Below, piece after piece: positions 1 to 10,078 of a stretch of DNA of 64,000 nucleotides. Every line of letters begins with the position of its first letter. The first letter of the stretch is position 1. The translations under genes and the position numbers were made by a program. The stretch comes from Dehalococcoidia bacterium (GTDB lineage Bacteria > Chloroflexota > Dehalococcoidia > Lucifugimonadales > UBA3495). The notes beneath the pieces were generated by a model. It made no database searches and was not told where the DNA came from. It was given only the letters and a program-made list of their open reading frames with translations. Location: NCBI GenBank assembly GCA_965261885.1, contig CBDHDY010000034.1, positions 19,474 through 83,473 on the forward strand, read 5' to 3'.

Positions 1-1
1 C

Positions 2-1240
2 GTTCTGGACGAGGGTGCTGGTTTCGGCGGGGCCGCCCTCATCGGCATGGGACAGGGGCCGCACTCCCACGACATGATGGCCCGCATAGATCTCGACTCC
101 TACACCCCGGTGCCTTGGGACGAAAAGAAAGAATTGGCCCGTTTCGCCAGCGACCTGTTCGTGGACGGGGAGCCGCATCCCTACTGCCCCCGTCAGCACT
201 TCAAGTCTATTCTGGCCAGTGCCCGCGCCGAGGGCTACGTTTTCAACGTGGGCATAGAGCCGGAGCATTTTCTGGTCACAAAGAAAGACGACGGCTCCAT
301 ACAGGTGTGGGACCCCAACAATGTGGACAGCCTGCGCAAGCCCTGCTACGACTTCAAGGGCATCGCCAACGTCATGGGGTACCTGCGGGACATGATGGAC
401 GCAATGCGCCGCATCGGCTGGGACGCATACCAGTCGGACCACGAGGACGCCAACGGGCAGTACGAAATCAACTTCCACTACTCTGACGCCCTCACCACCG
501 CAGACCGCTACACGTTCTTCAAAATGATGACCAGTCAGTACGCCCAGCAGCACGGGGCGGTCGCTACGCACATGGCCAAACCCTTCACCGATCGCACAGG
601 CAGTGGCGGCCATATCCACTACCATCTGGCGGATTCAGAAACCGGCGAGAATCTGTTTCTGGACGAAGACGACCGGCGGGGTCTCGGGCTGTCTCAGATG
701 GCCTACCAGTTTATCGGAGGCGTGTTCGCCCACGCTCCGGCCCTCTGTTCCGTAATGTCTCCGACAGTCAACTGCTACAAGCGCCTGCAGGTGGGCCCGG
801 CGCTAATGGGATCCTCGTCCGGCTTTCTCTGGACCCCGGCCTTCGTGTCCTATGGAGACAATAACCGCACGCAGATGATCCGCACCGCCGGTCCCGGGCA
901 CCTGGAGGACAGGACCATGTCGGCAGCCTGCAACCCGTACCTCGCCTTCGGGGCCTACCTGTCAGCGGGGCTGGACGGCATCAGGCGCCAGCTGGATCCG
1001 GGCGAACCGAACCTGGGCAACCTGTACGATCTGGGGCTGGATGAAATCCGCCGCCGCGGAGTCCGTATGCTGCCCCAGTCACTGGCCGAATCACTGGCGG
1101 AGCTCAAGGCCGATATGGTCGTTCGAGAATCCCTGGGTGTGATTTACGATGAGTTCCTGGAACAGAAAGAGGCGGAATGGCGTGAGTACCACCGCCAGGT
1201 AACGCCGTGGGAAATCCAGCGGTATCTGACGATGTTCTGA
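2..1240 (+). CDS. Glutamine synthetase-like protein, type III/GlnT; likely gamma-glutamylmethylamide synthetase (GmaS); 5' end outside window
   Basis: Frame open from window edge (VLDEGAGFGGAA); GS motifs GIEPEHF, DHEDANGQYEIN, KPF..RTGSGGHIH, DNNRT, EDR..ACNPYL; sits directly upstream of sox/mgd subunits. Confidence 0.8.
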   Translation, partial: VLDEGAGFGGAALIGMGQGPHSHDMMARIDLDSYTPVPWDEKKELARFASDLFVDGEPHPYCPRQHFKSILASARAEGYVFNVGIEPEHFLVTKKDDGSIQVWDPNNVDSLRKPCYDFKGIANVMGYLRDMMDAMRRIGWDAYQSDHEDANGQYEINFHYSDALTTADRYTFFKMMTSQYAQQHGAVATHMAKPFTDRTGSGGHIHYHLADSETGENLFLDEDDRRGLGLSQMAYQFIGGVFAHAPALCSVMSPTVNCYKRLQVGPALMGSSSGFLWTPAFVSYGDNNRTQMIRTAGPGHLEDRTMSAACNPYLAFGAYLSAGLDGIRRQLDPGEPNLGNLYDLGLDEIRRRGVRMLPQSLAESLAELKADMVVRESLGVIYDEFLEQKEAEWREYHRQVTPWEIQRYLTMF

Positions 1241-1257
1241 GTTGAGCGTATACCGGG

Positions 1258-1524
1258 ATGTCCTTTCTCCTGAACTGCCCCAACTGCGGAGAACGCAGCG
1301 TTAACGAGTTCCGCTTCGGCGGAGAAGTCGTTTCCCGTCCGGCTCCCGATGCCGCATCGGAGAAGTGGAGCAGTTACTTTTACATGCGTCCCAATGTTGC
1401 AGGAGTGCAGCGGGAATGGTGGAACCACCGGTTCGGATGCCGCCGTTGGTTCTATGCCCATCGGGACACGTCCACCAACGCAGTGCAGTCAACTTTCTGG
1501 CCTGGGGAGCAGCCGCCACGGTAA
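1258..1524 (+). CDS. soxD: Sarcosine oxidase / N-methylglutamate dehydrogenase delta subunit
   Basis: CPNCGER..EFRFGGE and EWWNH..GCRRWF...RDT zinc motifs. Confidence 0.9.
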   Translation: MSFLLNCPNCGERSVNEFRFGGEVVSRPAPDAASEKWSSYFYMRPNVAGVQREWWNHRFGCRRWFYAHRDTSTNAVQSTFWPGEQPPR

Positions 1525-1575
1525 TTCGACTGGCCACTTATTCTGAACCTCACCCAAGGCTGGGATTCACCCACT

Positions 1576-4431
1576 ATGGAAAACGGCCGCTACTCTCGTC
1601 TCGAAGCCCAGCCCGGGGAACAACTGGACCGCACCAATGTGGTGGAGTTCGAGTTTGACGGCCGACAGGTCAGGGGATTCCAGGGCGACACGATAGCATC
1701 GGCCCTTTTTGCCGTCGGCACGCGCGTATTCAGCCGTAGCTTCAAGTACCACAGGCCGCGCGGCCTCCTCTGCTGCTCCGGCAACTGTCCCAACTGCCTG
1801 GTGACCGTGGGAGACGAGCCCAATGTTCGCGCCTGCACTCGGCTGGTGGAGCCGGGACTGAAGGCTCAAAGCCAGAATGCCTGGCCCTCAATTGGGTTCG
1901 ACTTTATTTCTCTACTGGATCGAATGCACTGGCTGATGCCCGTTGGGTTCTACTACAAGGCCCTGCATCGGCCCAAGGCGCTGTGGCTGCTGGCACGGGA
2001 GCTCATCCGGCGCGTTGGCGGTTTGGGCAGCATCGACATTAACGCGTCCCACGATCATCATTACACCAGCATCGGCCTGCACGCTGACGTAGCCATAGTC
2101 GGTGGCGGTCCTGCCGGAGTCGCGGCGGCCCTGGCGGCGGCCCGGAACGGCGGCAGGGTAGTCCTGATCGATGACCAGCCATCCCTCGGTGGTCACCTTC
2201 GCTACAGCAGGGAAATTGTCATCGACCCGCTCGATGGCCAATCAAAGCCCGCGACAGAGATGGTTGGGGCCATGGCCGACGCGGTCTCGCAGTCGCACAA
2301 TCTGGTTGTGCTGAGTGGAGCCACCGCTTTCGGTCTCTACCAGGACAGGCTGGTTGCCGTTCTGACCAACGACGGCGTGGTCCGGGTGCGGGCAAAACAG
2401 GTGGTGCTGGCAACCGGAGTGCAGGAAACGCCACTCCTGTTCGAGAATAACGATCTCCCTGGAATAATGCTCGCCTCGGCTGCCCGGCGTCTCCTTTCGC
2501 TGTTCGGGATTCGCCCAGGACGTCAGGCGGTCATAGCTACTGAAACCGAGGAGGGCTATAGGGCCGCGCTGGATTTGCTGGATGCCGGAGTTCGGGTAGC
2601 TGCAGTCGTGGATTCCTCCGACACTGCACCCGGCGAGGCTGCTGCGGCGGTAGTGGAAAAGGGGATTACGGTGTTAACCGGACACCGGGTAGTCAAGGCC
2701 GTCGGCCGTGGCAGGGTTCGAGCAGCCTTGGTCGCTCCCATAGAAGGTGATGGCCCGGATGGAGCCGGCACCGGGTCAGTCCGCAGGATTAAATGCGACT
2801 TGCTCTGTATGTCCGGAAATTTCCAGCCCGTGGACGCCCTGCTGCACCAGATGGGAGCTTCGCAGTCTGGAGTCGCGCTGGCTGGTGCGGCGGGTGGAGC
2901 GAAGGGCCTGGCAGAAATTTTCAATCACGGGAAAGAGGCGGGCCTCTCGGCGGCAGGCCAGTCAGCGCCCGAACTCGAGGGATCAACCCGTGCGGGTGCA
3001 GGGCCGGACTCGGAATTGCGTTTGCCGTCTGCGCGTGTGGAGCGCTCGTACGTGTGCTTCTGCGAAGATGTGTCCGTGCACGACGTTCAACAGGCAATTG
3101 ACGAAGGATTTGCCGACGTACAGACGCTGAAGCGCTATACGACGGTGACAATGGGTCCCTGCCAGGGAAAGATGTGTGGGCGGGCGCTGGCCAGTATCTG
3201 CGCGGTCCGTACCGGCTCCGGAAATGGAGCGGATGCCGGCGAGACTTACACTACCTTCCGCCCGCCGTACCAGCCTGTGACCCTCGCTGCCCTTGCCGGG
3301 CGTGAGCGGATGTCCTTCAAGCGAACGCCGTTGGACCGGGTACATAGGGAACTGGGCGCCAGGATGGTCGAGTCGGGTCCATGGCTGCGCCCTCACAGCT
3401 ATGGCCCCCCCGCCGACGAGTGCGTCGCCGTGCGGGAACGGGTGGGCATTATCGATGTCGGAACCCTGGGCAAGCTGGAGGTCGTGGGACGCGATGCACC
3501 GCAACTTCTGGACCGCCTGTACACACACCGGTTCTCTGATCTGGCGGTGGGCCGAATACGCTATGGGCTGATGACCTCCGACAACGGTGTCATCCTCGAT
3601 GACGGTACGGTCGCGCGCCTGGGAGAAGACCGATACTTCGTGACCACCACTTCCGGCAACGCCGATGTCATAGAGGAATGGTTCAACTGGTGGAATGCGG
3701 GGGCCGCCAATTGCGCCCACGTCGTTAACGTCACAGCCGCGTTCGGAGCGGTCAACGTAGCCGGGCCGAGGGCGCGGGAGACCCTGGCCAAGCTCACGGA
3801 CATCGATCTTTCCCGGCGCGGTTTCCGGTATATGAGCTCGGTGCAGGGAGAGGTGGCGGGCGTCCCATGCCTGTTGCTGCGCATCGGTTTCGTCGGAGAG
3901 GCTGGCTGGGAGGTGCACTTCCCAGCCGAGTTTGGCGAACACATGTGGAGCTCCATAATGGAGGCAGGCCGGGAGTTTGGTATTTCTCCCTTTGGCCTAG
4001 AAGCGCAACGTATTCTCAGGCTGGAGAAGGGCCACGTTATAGTCGGTCAGGATACGGACGCGATGTCCAACCCCATGGATATCGGCTCGGACTGGGCTGT
4101 CCGCTTCGACAAGCCGGACTTCATCGGCCGAGGCGGGCTTGCCGTCGCGGCTGAACGCGGGCTGCAACAGCGGTTGGTGGGTTTCATTATGCCCGGAACG
4201 GCCTATCCCGAGGATGGCACACCTGTACTGGTTGGCACGAGGCCGGTGGGCCGCGTTACCAGCTCGCGGCTCAGCCCCACGATTAACCGGGGCTTTGGTC
4301 TGGCGTGGGTGCCCCCTTACCTGGCCGTTGAAGGTGAGTCCATCCAGGTACTGGTCGCCGATCGCCCTGTTTCAGCCAGCGTTACTATGGTACCTGTCTA
4401 CGATCCTGAGGGACTCCGTCTGCGGAGCTGA
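1576..4431 (+). CDS. soxA: Sarcosine oxidase / N-methylglutamate dehydrogenase alpha subunit
   Basis: GDTIASAL, SRSFKYHRPRG, GGGPAG FAD motif, TLKRYT..TMGPCQG, C-terminal GcvT-like domain. Confidence 0.92.
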   Translation: MENGRYSRLEAQPGEQLDRTNVVEFEFDGRQVRGFQGDTIASALFAVGTRVFSRSFKYHRPRGLLCCSGNCPNCLVTVGDEPNVRACTRLVEPGLKAQSQNAWPSIGFDFISLLDRMHWLMPVGFYYKALHRPKALWLLARELIRRVGGLGSIDINASHDHHYTSIGLHADVAIVGGGPAGVAAALAAARNGGRVVLIDDQPSLGGHLRYSREIVIDPLDGQSKPATEMVGAMADAVSQSHNLVVLSGATAFGLYQDRLVAVLTNDGVVRVRAKQVVLATGVQETPLLFENNDLPGIMLASAARRLLSLFGIRPGRQAVIATETEEGYRAALDLLDAGVRVAAVVDSSDTAPGEAAAAVVEKGITVLTGHRVVKAVGRGRVRAALVAPIEGDGPDGAGTGSVRRIKCDLLCMSGNFQPVDALLHQMGASQSGVALAGAAGGAKGLAEIFNHGKEAGLSAAGQSAPELEGSTRAGAGPDSELRLPSARVERSYVCFCEDVSVHDVQQAIDEGFADVQTLKRYTTVTMGPCQGKMCGRALASICAVRTGSGNGADAGETYTTFRPPYQPVTLAALAGRERMSFKRTPLDRVHRELGARMVESGPWLRPHSYGPPADECVAVRERVGIIDVGTLGKLEVVGRDAPQLLDRLYTHRFSDLAVGRIRYGLMTSDNGVILDDGTVARLGEDRYFVTTTSGNADVIEEWFNWWNAGAANCAHVVNVTAAFGAVNVAGPRARETLAKLTDIDLSRRGFRYMSSVQGEVAGVPCLLLRIGFVGEAGWEVHFPAEFGEHMWSSIMEAGREFGISPFGLEAQRILRLEKGHVIVGQDTDAMSNPMDIGSDWAVRFDKPDFIGRGGLAVAAERGLQQRLVGFIMPGTAYPEDGTPVLVGTRPVGRVTSSRLSPTINRGFGLAWVPPYLAVEGESIQVLVADRPVSASVTMVPVYDPEGLRLRS

Positions 4432-4435
4432 TGCC

Positions 4436-5155
4436 TTGACCGCCGCATTGCCTGAACGCCACACCGCCATGTATAGCGCCCAGTTGGATATGGGTGGAGT
4501 CATGGCTGTAGCCGACGGCTGGCAGCTTCCTGTCAGTTACGGCGATGTTTCTCAAGAGGGGATCTGGCTGAGAGAAACGGTGGGTGTGTCCGATGTAAGT
4601 CCCATCGGCAAGGTCCGGGTTGTTGGGGAAGACTCTGCGCATGCGATGGCGGTCCTGGTTTCGCCAGCGGTGGGACAGGGTACAGGTTCAATTGTTGAGG
4701 TCGACTCGCCTCTGGAAAGAGGAGGCAAGCTGCTCTCTCTCCGGCTTGCTCAGGACGAATTCCTGGTCCTGACCCCGGCGGGAGTGGCCAAACCTGCAGT
4801 AAGCGCCCTTCGATCCACCGGCCCGGCCTGTGCCCATGCAATTGACGTCACGTCCGGGTTCTGCGGCGTTGCCATAGTGGGTCCGGCTGCGCAGGGGCTG
4901 ATGAACCGCATTACCGACTTGGACACATCCGCCTCCGTCCTCCCGGACTTGACCTGCGTTCAATCTCGATTCGCCGATGTGCAGGGGCTGTTGTTGCGAC
5001 GCGACGTGAATGGTATTGCCATGTACCAACTCTACGCTGGCCGGGAATTCGGAGAGTACCTGTGGGGAGAACTCGTAGAGACCGCCAGGGAAGTTGGCGG
5101 CGGCCCGGTCGGCACCGAAGCCCTGCTCAGCTTGAGAGGAACGGACCGGGGATAG
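4436..5155 (+). CDS. soxG: Sarcosine oxidase gamma subunit / GcvT-like folate-binding subunit
   Basis: VGVSDVSPIGKV, RLAQDEFLV, DVTSGF, REFGEYLW; probable TTG start at 4436 just after the soxA stop. Confidence 0.75.
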   Translation: MTAALPERHTAMYSAQLDMGGVMAVADGWQLPVSYGDVSQEGIWLRETVGVSDVSPIGKVRVVGEDSAHAMAVLVSPAVGQGTGSIVEVDSPLERGGKLLSLRLAQDEFLVLTPAGVAKPAVSALRSTGPACAHAIDVTSGFCGVAIVGPAAQGLMNRITDLDTSASVLPDLTCVQSRFADVQGLLLRRDVNGIAMYQLYAGREFGEYLWGELVETAREVGGGPVGTEALLSLRGTDRG

Positions 5156-5164
5156 ATTGTCGAG

Positions 5165-6382
5165 ATGTTTCAGCTTTTCCGAAAAAACAGAATGTGGCAG
5201 GTACGTCCCCTCAAAGACCGGTACAAGGTGGTCATCATCGGCGGGGGCGTTCACGGGTTGTCCACCGCGTACTACCTGACCAAGCTGGGGGTCAAGGATA
5301 TCGCGGTGCTCGACAGGGGCTATCTTGGTGGTGGGGCCAGCGCCCGAACCACGGCCATCATCCGCTCCAACTACCTGACCGTCGAGGGCATTCCATTTTT
5401 CGACCAGAGCGTGAAGCTCTACGAGGGGCTGGCCAAGGAACTGAACTTCAACATGCTGTTCAACCAGATGGGCCGCCTGGACCTGGGCCATACGGACGCG
5501 GCCCTCTACGCGCTGCGCATGCGCACCGAGTTCAACCGTATCCTCGGTGTGGACAGTAGGATGGTCGGCCCGGCAGAAATCAAGCATCTGGTCCCGTCCA
5601 TGAGCCTCCGCGAGGGTATGCCCTATCCCATCCTGGGCGCGCTGTACCATCCGCCATGCGGCGTGATACGTCACGATGCCGTGGTGTGGGGGTTCGGACG
5701 GGGCGCCGACCACGGCGGTGCTGAGCTGCACCCTTTCACCGAGGTTACCGCCATCGACCACGCCAACGGCAGGGTAACGGGCGTCGAGACCAGCAGGGGG
5801 TTCGTGGGGGCCGAGGTGGTTCTGAGCGCAACCGCAGGCTGGAGCAGCGAAGTGGCGCGGCTGGCCGGTGTCGACCTTCCCATCACCACCCATCCGCTGC
5901 AGGCGATGGTAACAGAACCGTTGAAACCCTTCCTCGACAAGACCATCTCGTCGGCCAACCTGCACGCCTATGTCTACCAGACCGACCGTGGCGAGGTGGT
6001 CATAGGCGGCGGGGTGGACCCCTATCCGTCATACAGCATGAAGTCGGCGCTGTTGCCCATGGAGCAGCTGGCAGGTCACACGCTGGAAATGTTTCCGTGC
6101 CTGTCCAGGGTAAAGGTGCTTCGCCAGTGGGCGGGGCTCTGTGACATGACCCCCGACTACGCCCCGATTATGGGCCCAGTGGACGGGCTGGATGGATTCA
6201 TCCTGTCCTGCGGCTGGGGCAGTTGGGGCTTCAAAGCCGCACCTGCGGCCGGCAAGAACGTAGCCACCCTGATTGCCACTGGCGTAACGCCCGACCTGAT
6301 AGAGCCCTTCGCCCTCTCCCGGTTCCACACGGGCAAACTGGTGAATGAACGTGCCGCCGCACCCGCCGCCGCTATTCACTGA
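5165..6382 (+). CDS. soxB: Sarcosine oxidase / N-methylglutamate dehydrogenase beta subunit (FAD)
   Basis: GGGVHGLSTAYYL, IIRSNY, RHDAVVWG, HPLQAMVTEPLKP, QWAG..DMTPD, GWGSWGFKA. Confidence 0.92.
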   Translation: MFQLFRKNRMWQVRPLKDRYKVVIIGGGVHGLSTAYYLTKLGVKDIAVLDRGYLGGGASARTTAIIRSNYLTVEGIPFFDQSVKLYEGLAKELNFNMLFNQMGRLDLGHTDAALYALRMRTEFNRILGVDSRMVGPAEIKHLVPSMSLREGMPYPILGALYHPPCGVIRHDAVVWGFGRGADHGGAELHPFTEVTAIDHANGRVTGVETSRGFVGAEVVLSATAGWSSEVARLAGVDLPITTHPLQAMVTEPLKPFLDKTISSANLHAYVYQTDRGEVVIGGGVDPYPSYSMKSALLPMEQLAGHTLEMFPCLSRVKVLRQWAGLCDMTPDYAPIMGPVDGLDGFILSCGWGSWGFKAAPAAGKNVATLIATGVTPDLIEPFALSRFHTGKLVNERAAAPAAAIH

Positions 6383-6500
6383 GCGACCAAAACCGGGATT
6401 TCGATTCAAGCCTGCCGTTCCTGTTCCTCCCGAAAGGGAGGGTCAGGGTAGCTCAGGCGGCGCGTGAATCCTGTCGTAATCCAATGACCGGAGGTCTGCC

Positions 6501-7904
6501 ATGAGCGAGGAAATCATCTATGCCGACGCCGCGACTCTGGCCCGGCGAATCCGCGAACGTGAATTGTCGCCCGTGGAGGTGGTGCAGGCCCACCTTGATC
6601 GCATTGAAGCAGTGAATCCCAAGCTGAACGCCCTCATCGCATTTCCGGATGGCGTGATGGAACGGGCACGCGAGGCGGAGGCTGCAGCAGTGAGTGGCGA
6701 GTTCTGGGGACCGCTCCACGGCGTCCCTTTCACGGTCAAAGACTGCGTGGACACCGAGGGTGTGGTTACCACCCGCGGCTCGAAGCTGTTCGAGGACCAC
6801 GTTCCCGACGCCGATGCCACGGTGGTAAAGCGCCTCAAGGCCGCTGGCGGCATCTTCATTGCCAAGTCCAATATGCCGGAATTCGCCCTCTGGTGGGAGA
6901 CGGACAACCTGGTCTATGGGCGCACCGAGAATCCCTGGATGATCGGCCGCACACCGGGCGGCTCCAGCGGGGGGGAGGCGGCGGCCGTCGCCTCGGGCAT
7001 GTCGCCGCTGGGCATCGGCAGCGATGTGGGCGGTTCCATCCGGGAGCCCGCCAACTACTGCGGCATTGTCGGCCTCAAAGCCACGCACGGGCGCATTCCA
7101 CTAACGGGACACTGGCCGGAAACGCTGCTGAGGTTCATGCACGTCGGCCCCATCGTCCGCAGTGTGGGCGACGCCGCCCTTGCAATGAGCATCATGTCCG
7201 GGCCCGACGGCGTTGACCACTACGCCTTGCCCGTACCGGTTCCGGATGTTTCGCAACTTGCCGGGACCGCCGGACTGCGTGTGGCGTGGTGCCCCGAGGG
7301 ACCCTTTGCCCCGGTGGACCGCGAGGTGCAAAGTACCGTTGCCTCGGCGGCAACGGCATTGGGGGAGCTTGGTTGCACCGTCGAGGGGGTTGCGCTGGAG
7401 GGCTGGGAGAGCTGGCCTGGGCAGCAGATTTCTGCCCGCATTTTCGCCGCCGAAGGGAGCGTTTACCTCGACCCAATCATCGAAGGCCGCAAGGAGATGC
7501 TGGCCCTGTCCATGCAGCGTCGCCTCAATATCCCCGGCCCCAGCTACGAGGAGTACCTGGATGCGATGGAGCAGGTGGAACGGCTCCGGGCCGCCTGTAT
7601 CAAACTCTTCAGCGACTTCGATGTGCTGCTCCTTCCCACCGGACCCGTGGTGGCCCACCCCCACGACACGAGGCGTCACGAAGTGGGGGAAACCACAGCG
7701 CCGGCCCGGCATGCCCTCACCTGCACCGTCCCCTTTGACCTGACAGGCTCCCCCGCACTGTCCGTTCCGTTCGGACTGAGCAGCGAGGGGCTGCCCATTG
7801 GCGTTCAGATTGTGGGACGCCACTACGAGGAGGCCACCGTCCTCCGTGCCGGTGCAGCCCTGGAGGGGCTCTACCGTCCCCGCCGGGGACGCCCGCCGCT
7901 GTAA
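6501..7904 (+). CDS. Amidase signature family protein
   Basis: GPLHGVPFTVKD, GGSSGGEAAAVA, GIGSDVGGSIREPA. Confidence 0.92.
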   Translation: MSEEIIYADAATLARRIRERELSPVEVVQAHLDRIEAVNPKLNALIAFPDGVMERAREAEAAAVSGEFWGPLHGVPFTVKDCVDTEGVVTTRGSKLFEDHVPDADATVVKRLKAAGGIFIAKSNMPEFALWWETDNLVYGRTENPWMIGRTPGGSSGGEAAAVASGMSPLGIGSDVGGSIREPANYCGIVGLKATHGRIPLTGHWPETLLRFMHVGPIVRSVGDAALAMSIMSGPDGVDHYALPVPVPDVSQLAGTAGLRVAWCPEGPFAPVDREVQSTVASAATALGELGCTVEGVALEGWESWPGQQISARIFAAEGSVYLDPIIEGRKEMLALSMQRRLNIPGPSYEEYLDAMEQVERLRAACIKLFSDFDVLLLPTGPVVAHPHDTRRHEVGETTAPARHALTCTVPFDLTGSPALSVPFGLSSEGLPIGVQIVGRHYEEATVLRAGAALEGLYRPRRGRPPL

Positions 7905-8163
7905 CACTTAACACTTCAATCCGGCCCAGGTGTTTGTCAATTCCCGTCGTTCTCGAGGAAAGGTCAGAGTGGGAACGCATCGCCTGTGTAGGTGAAGGTA
8001 AACATACCTAATAATCCACTCTTACCCCGGATTTCTCCTCATGGGAGAGGGACAATAGAGGCATACCGGGCCACGCTCACAACGCGAGGTATCGAGGTTC
8101 AGTGTGTGGTAAACTTCGCAACATCGAAGAACAAACGTTACGGAATTCAGAGGAGGAACAGGG

Positions 8164-9837
8164 ATGCCTGAATACGACCTCGTAATTCGCGGCGGCACCG
8201 TAGTCGACGGCACTGGTATTCCCCGTGTTCGCGCTGACCTCGCCATCAAAGACGGCCGGGTGGCAATGATCAGCGGTCGCATCCATGGCAACGGAGCCAA
8301 GGAACTGGATGCCAGCGGCTGCATTGTGGCTCCTGGCGCAATTGACCTGCACACCCACTATGACGCCCAGCTCAACTGGGACCCCTATGCGTCCCTGTCC
8401 GGCCAGTTCGGCGTCACGTCTCTCACTGTCGGCCAGTGCGGTTTCGGCTTCGCACCGACGCGGCCTGAGGACCGCGACCTCAACATGCGGATGATGAACC
8501 GCATCGAGGCAATCCCGCTGGAGTCCATGCGGCTGGGCATGCGTTGGGACTGGGAGACATTCCCGCAGTACATGGACAGCCTCGACCGGCAGGGTCTTGG
8601 GGTAAACGTGGGTTGCGTGGTCCCGTTCTCGCCCCTGCGCGGCTATGTGCTCGGCATGATCCCGGCCCGGGAGCGCACCTCGGTAACCGAGGACGAGCTC
8701 AACCAGATGAAACAGATCCTCTTCGAAGCCATGGAGGCCGGTGCGTTCGGCATCTCCGCCGACAAAAATCTTGAGGACCGCCCCGAGGACGGCAGCTGGC
8801 TCCCCAGCCACGTCGCCTCCCGCGAGGAATTCCTGGCCCTCGCGCAGGTGCTGGGTCAGTTCGGCGTAGGCCACATCGGCTGGACCATCGGCATCTCCGA
8901 CGACCGCCCGGCCCAGAGAGACATGCTGGCCGAAATGGTCCGGATGAGTGGTCGGCCGCTCCACGTCATCCTCGGCGACGCCGAGGGCTACGAGTGGCTT
9001 AAGGAAGTCCGCGAGGAGGGCCTCCCTGTCATCGCCCAGGAGACTGCAGTCCCCGTAGTCGCCGAGTTCAAGCTCTCCGAGTACAACCTTTTCGACTACA
9101 TGCCCAACTGGGTGCAGCCGCTGGTCGGCAGCAAGGAAGAGCGCGTCGCCAAGCTGTCAGAGGACGGCGTGCGCGTTGGCATGAAGCAGGACGTCATCGA
9201 CCGTCCCCATGTCCGCACCGACTGGAGTCAGGTACAGGTCGTCGAGGTGGCCTTCGAGCGCAACCTGAAGTACGAAGGCCTCAGCATCGCCGACATCGCC
9301 GAGGCTGAGGGCAAGCATCCTTTGGACGCATTCCTGGACATCGCGCTGGATGAAGATCTCGAGACTGAATTCGCCCATCCGGCCGGCGGACGTGGCGAGA
9401 ATGAGTCTCACTACATCACCAGCCCCTACTCCCACATTTCAGTGTCCGACGGAGGCGCCCACACCAGGTTCCTGATCAACAGCACCTGGCCGGTCTATTT
9501 CCTGGGCCACTGGATACGCGAGAAGAACATCATGACCCTGGAGCAGGCCCACCAGAAGATGAGCGCAATGCCCGCGTGGGTCGCCGACATGAAGAACCGT
9601 GGCACCCTCCGCGTCGGCGACTTCGCTGACGTCATGGTCTACAACATGGACGAGCTGGGCCTCCTCTACGACAAGCCCCAGTTCGCCACCGACTTCCCCG
9701 GAGGCGAGAAACGCCTGGTCCAGATGCCCACCGGCATCCGCTACATCCTGGTCAATGGCAATCTGACCTTCCAGGAGAACGAGTGCACCGGCGTCCTGCC
9801 TGGTAAGCTGCTCCGCAGCTACGATCAGGTCAACTAG
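8164..9837 (+). CDS. N-acyl-D-amino-acid deacylase-like amidohydrolase (paralog 1)
   Basis: IRGGTVVDGTG, PGAIDLHTHYDAQ, GQCGFGFAP, SDGGAH; RBS GAGGAGG upstream. Confidence 0.88.
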   Translation: MPEYDLVIRGGTVVDGTGIPRVRADLAIKDGRVAMISGRIHGNGAKELDASGCIVAPGAIDLHTHYDAQLNWDPYASLSGQFGVTSLTVGQCGFGFAPTRPEDRDLNMRMMNRIEAIPLESMRLGMRWDWETFPQYMDSLDRQGLGVNVGCVVPFSPLRGYVLGMIPARERTSVTEDELNQMKQILFEAMEAGAFGISADKNLEDRPEDGSWLPSHVASREEFLALAQVLGQFGVGHIGWTIGISDDRPAQRDMLAEMVRMSGRPLHVILGDAEGYEWLKEVREEGLPVIAQETAVPVVAEFKLSEYNLFDYMPNWVQPLVGSKEERVAKLSEDGVRVGMKQDVIDRPHVRTDWSQVQVVEVAFERNLKYEGLSIADIAEAEGKHPLDAFLDIALDEDLETEFAHPAGGRGENESHYITSPYSHISVSDGGAHTRFLINSTWPVYFLGHWIREKNIMTLEQAHQKMSAMPAWVADMKNRGTLRVGDFADVMVYNMDELGLLYDKPQFATDFPGGEKRLVQMPTGIRYILVNGNLTFQENECTGVLPGKLLRSYDQVN

Positions 9838-9859
9838 CAGACGTTCAGATCGAGTACTC

Positions 9860-9889
9860 AAGGCCCCGCCAGAAATGGCGGGGCCTTTT
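9860..9889 (+). terminator. Rho-independent terminator
   Basis: aaggccccgcca-gaaa-tggcggggcctt followed by T run. Confidence 0.85.
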
Positions 9890-10078
9890 GATTGGTATTG
9901 GGGGGTTGCCGACGGCGGTTGTGTAGAAAGCCGGTAAAATATGCCCAGCGACGACGTATTTAGTAATACCCTTTCCGAGTCTGCGCCGAAGTTTGACACT
10001 GATTGGAGGCGAGTCTAAACTGCCGTTAACCTTACTGAATCCCCTGAAGAACGAGCTCCGATTATGGGAGGAATTTTT

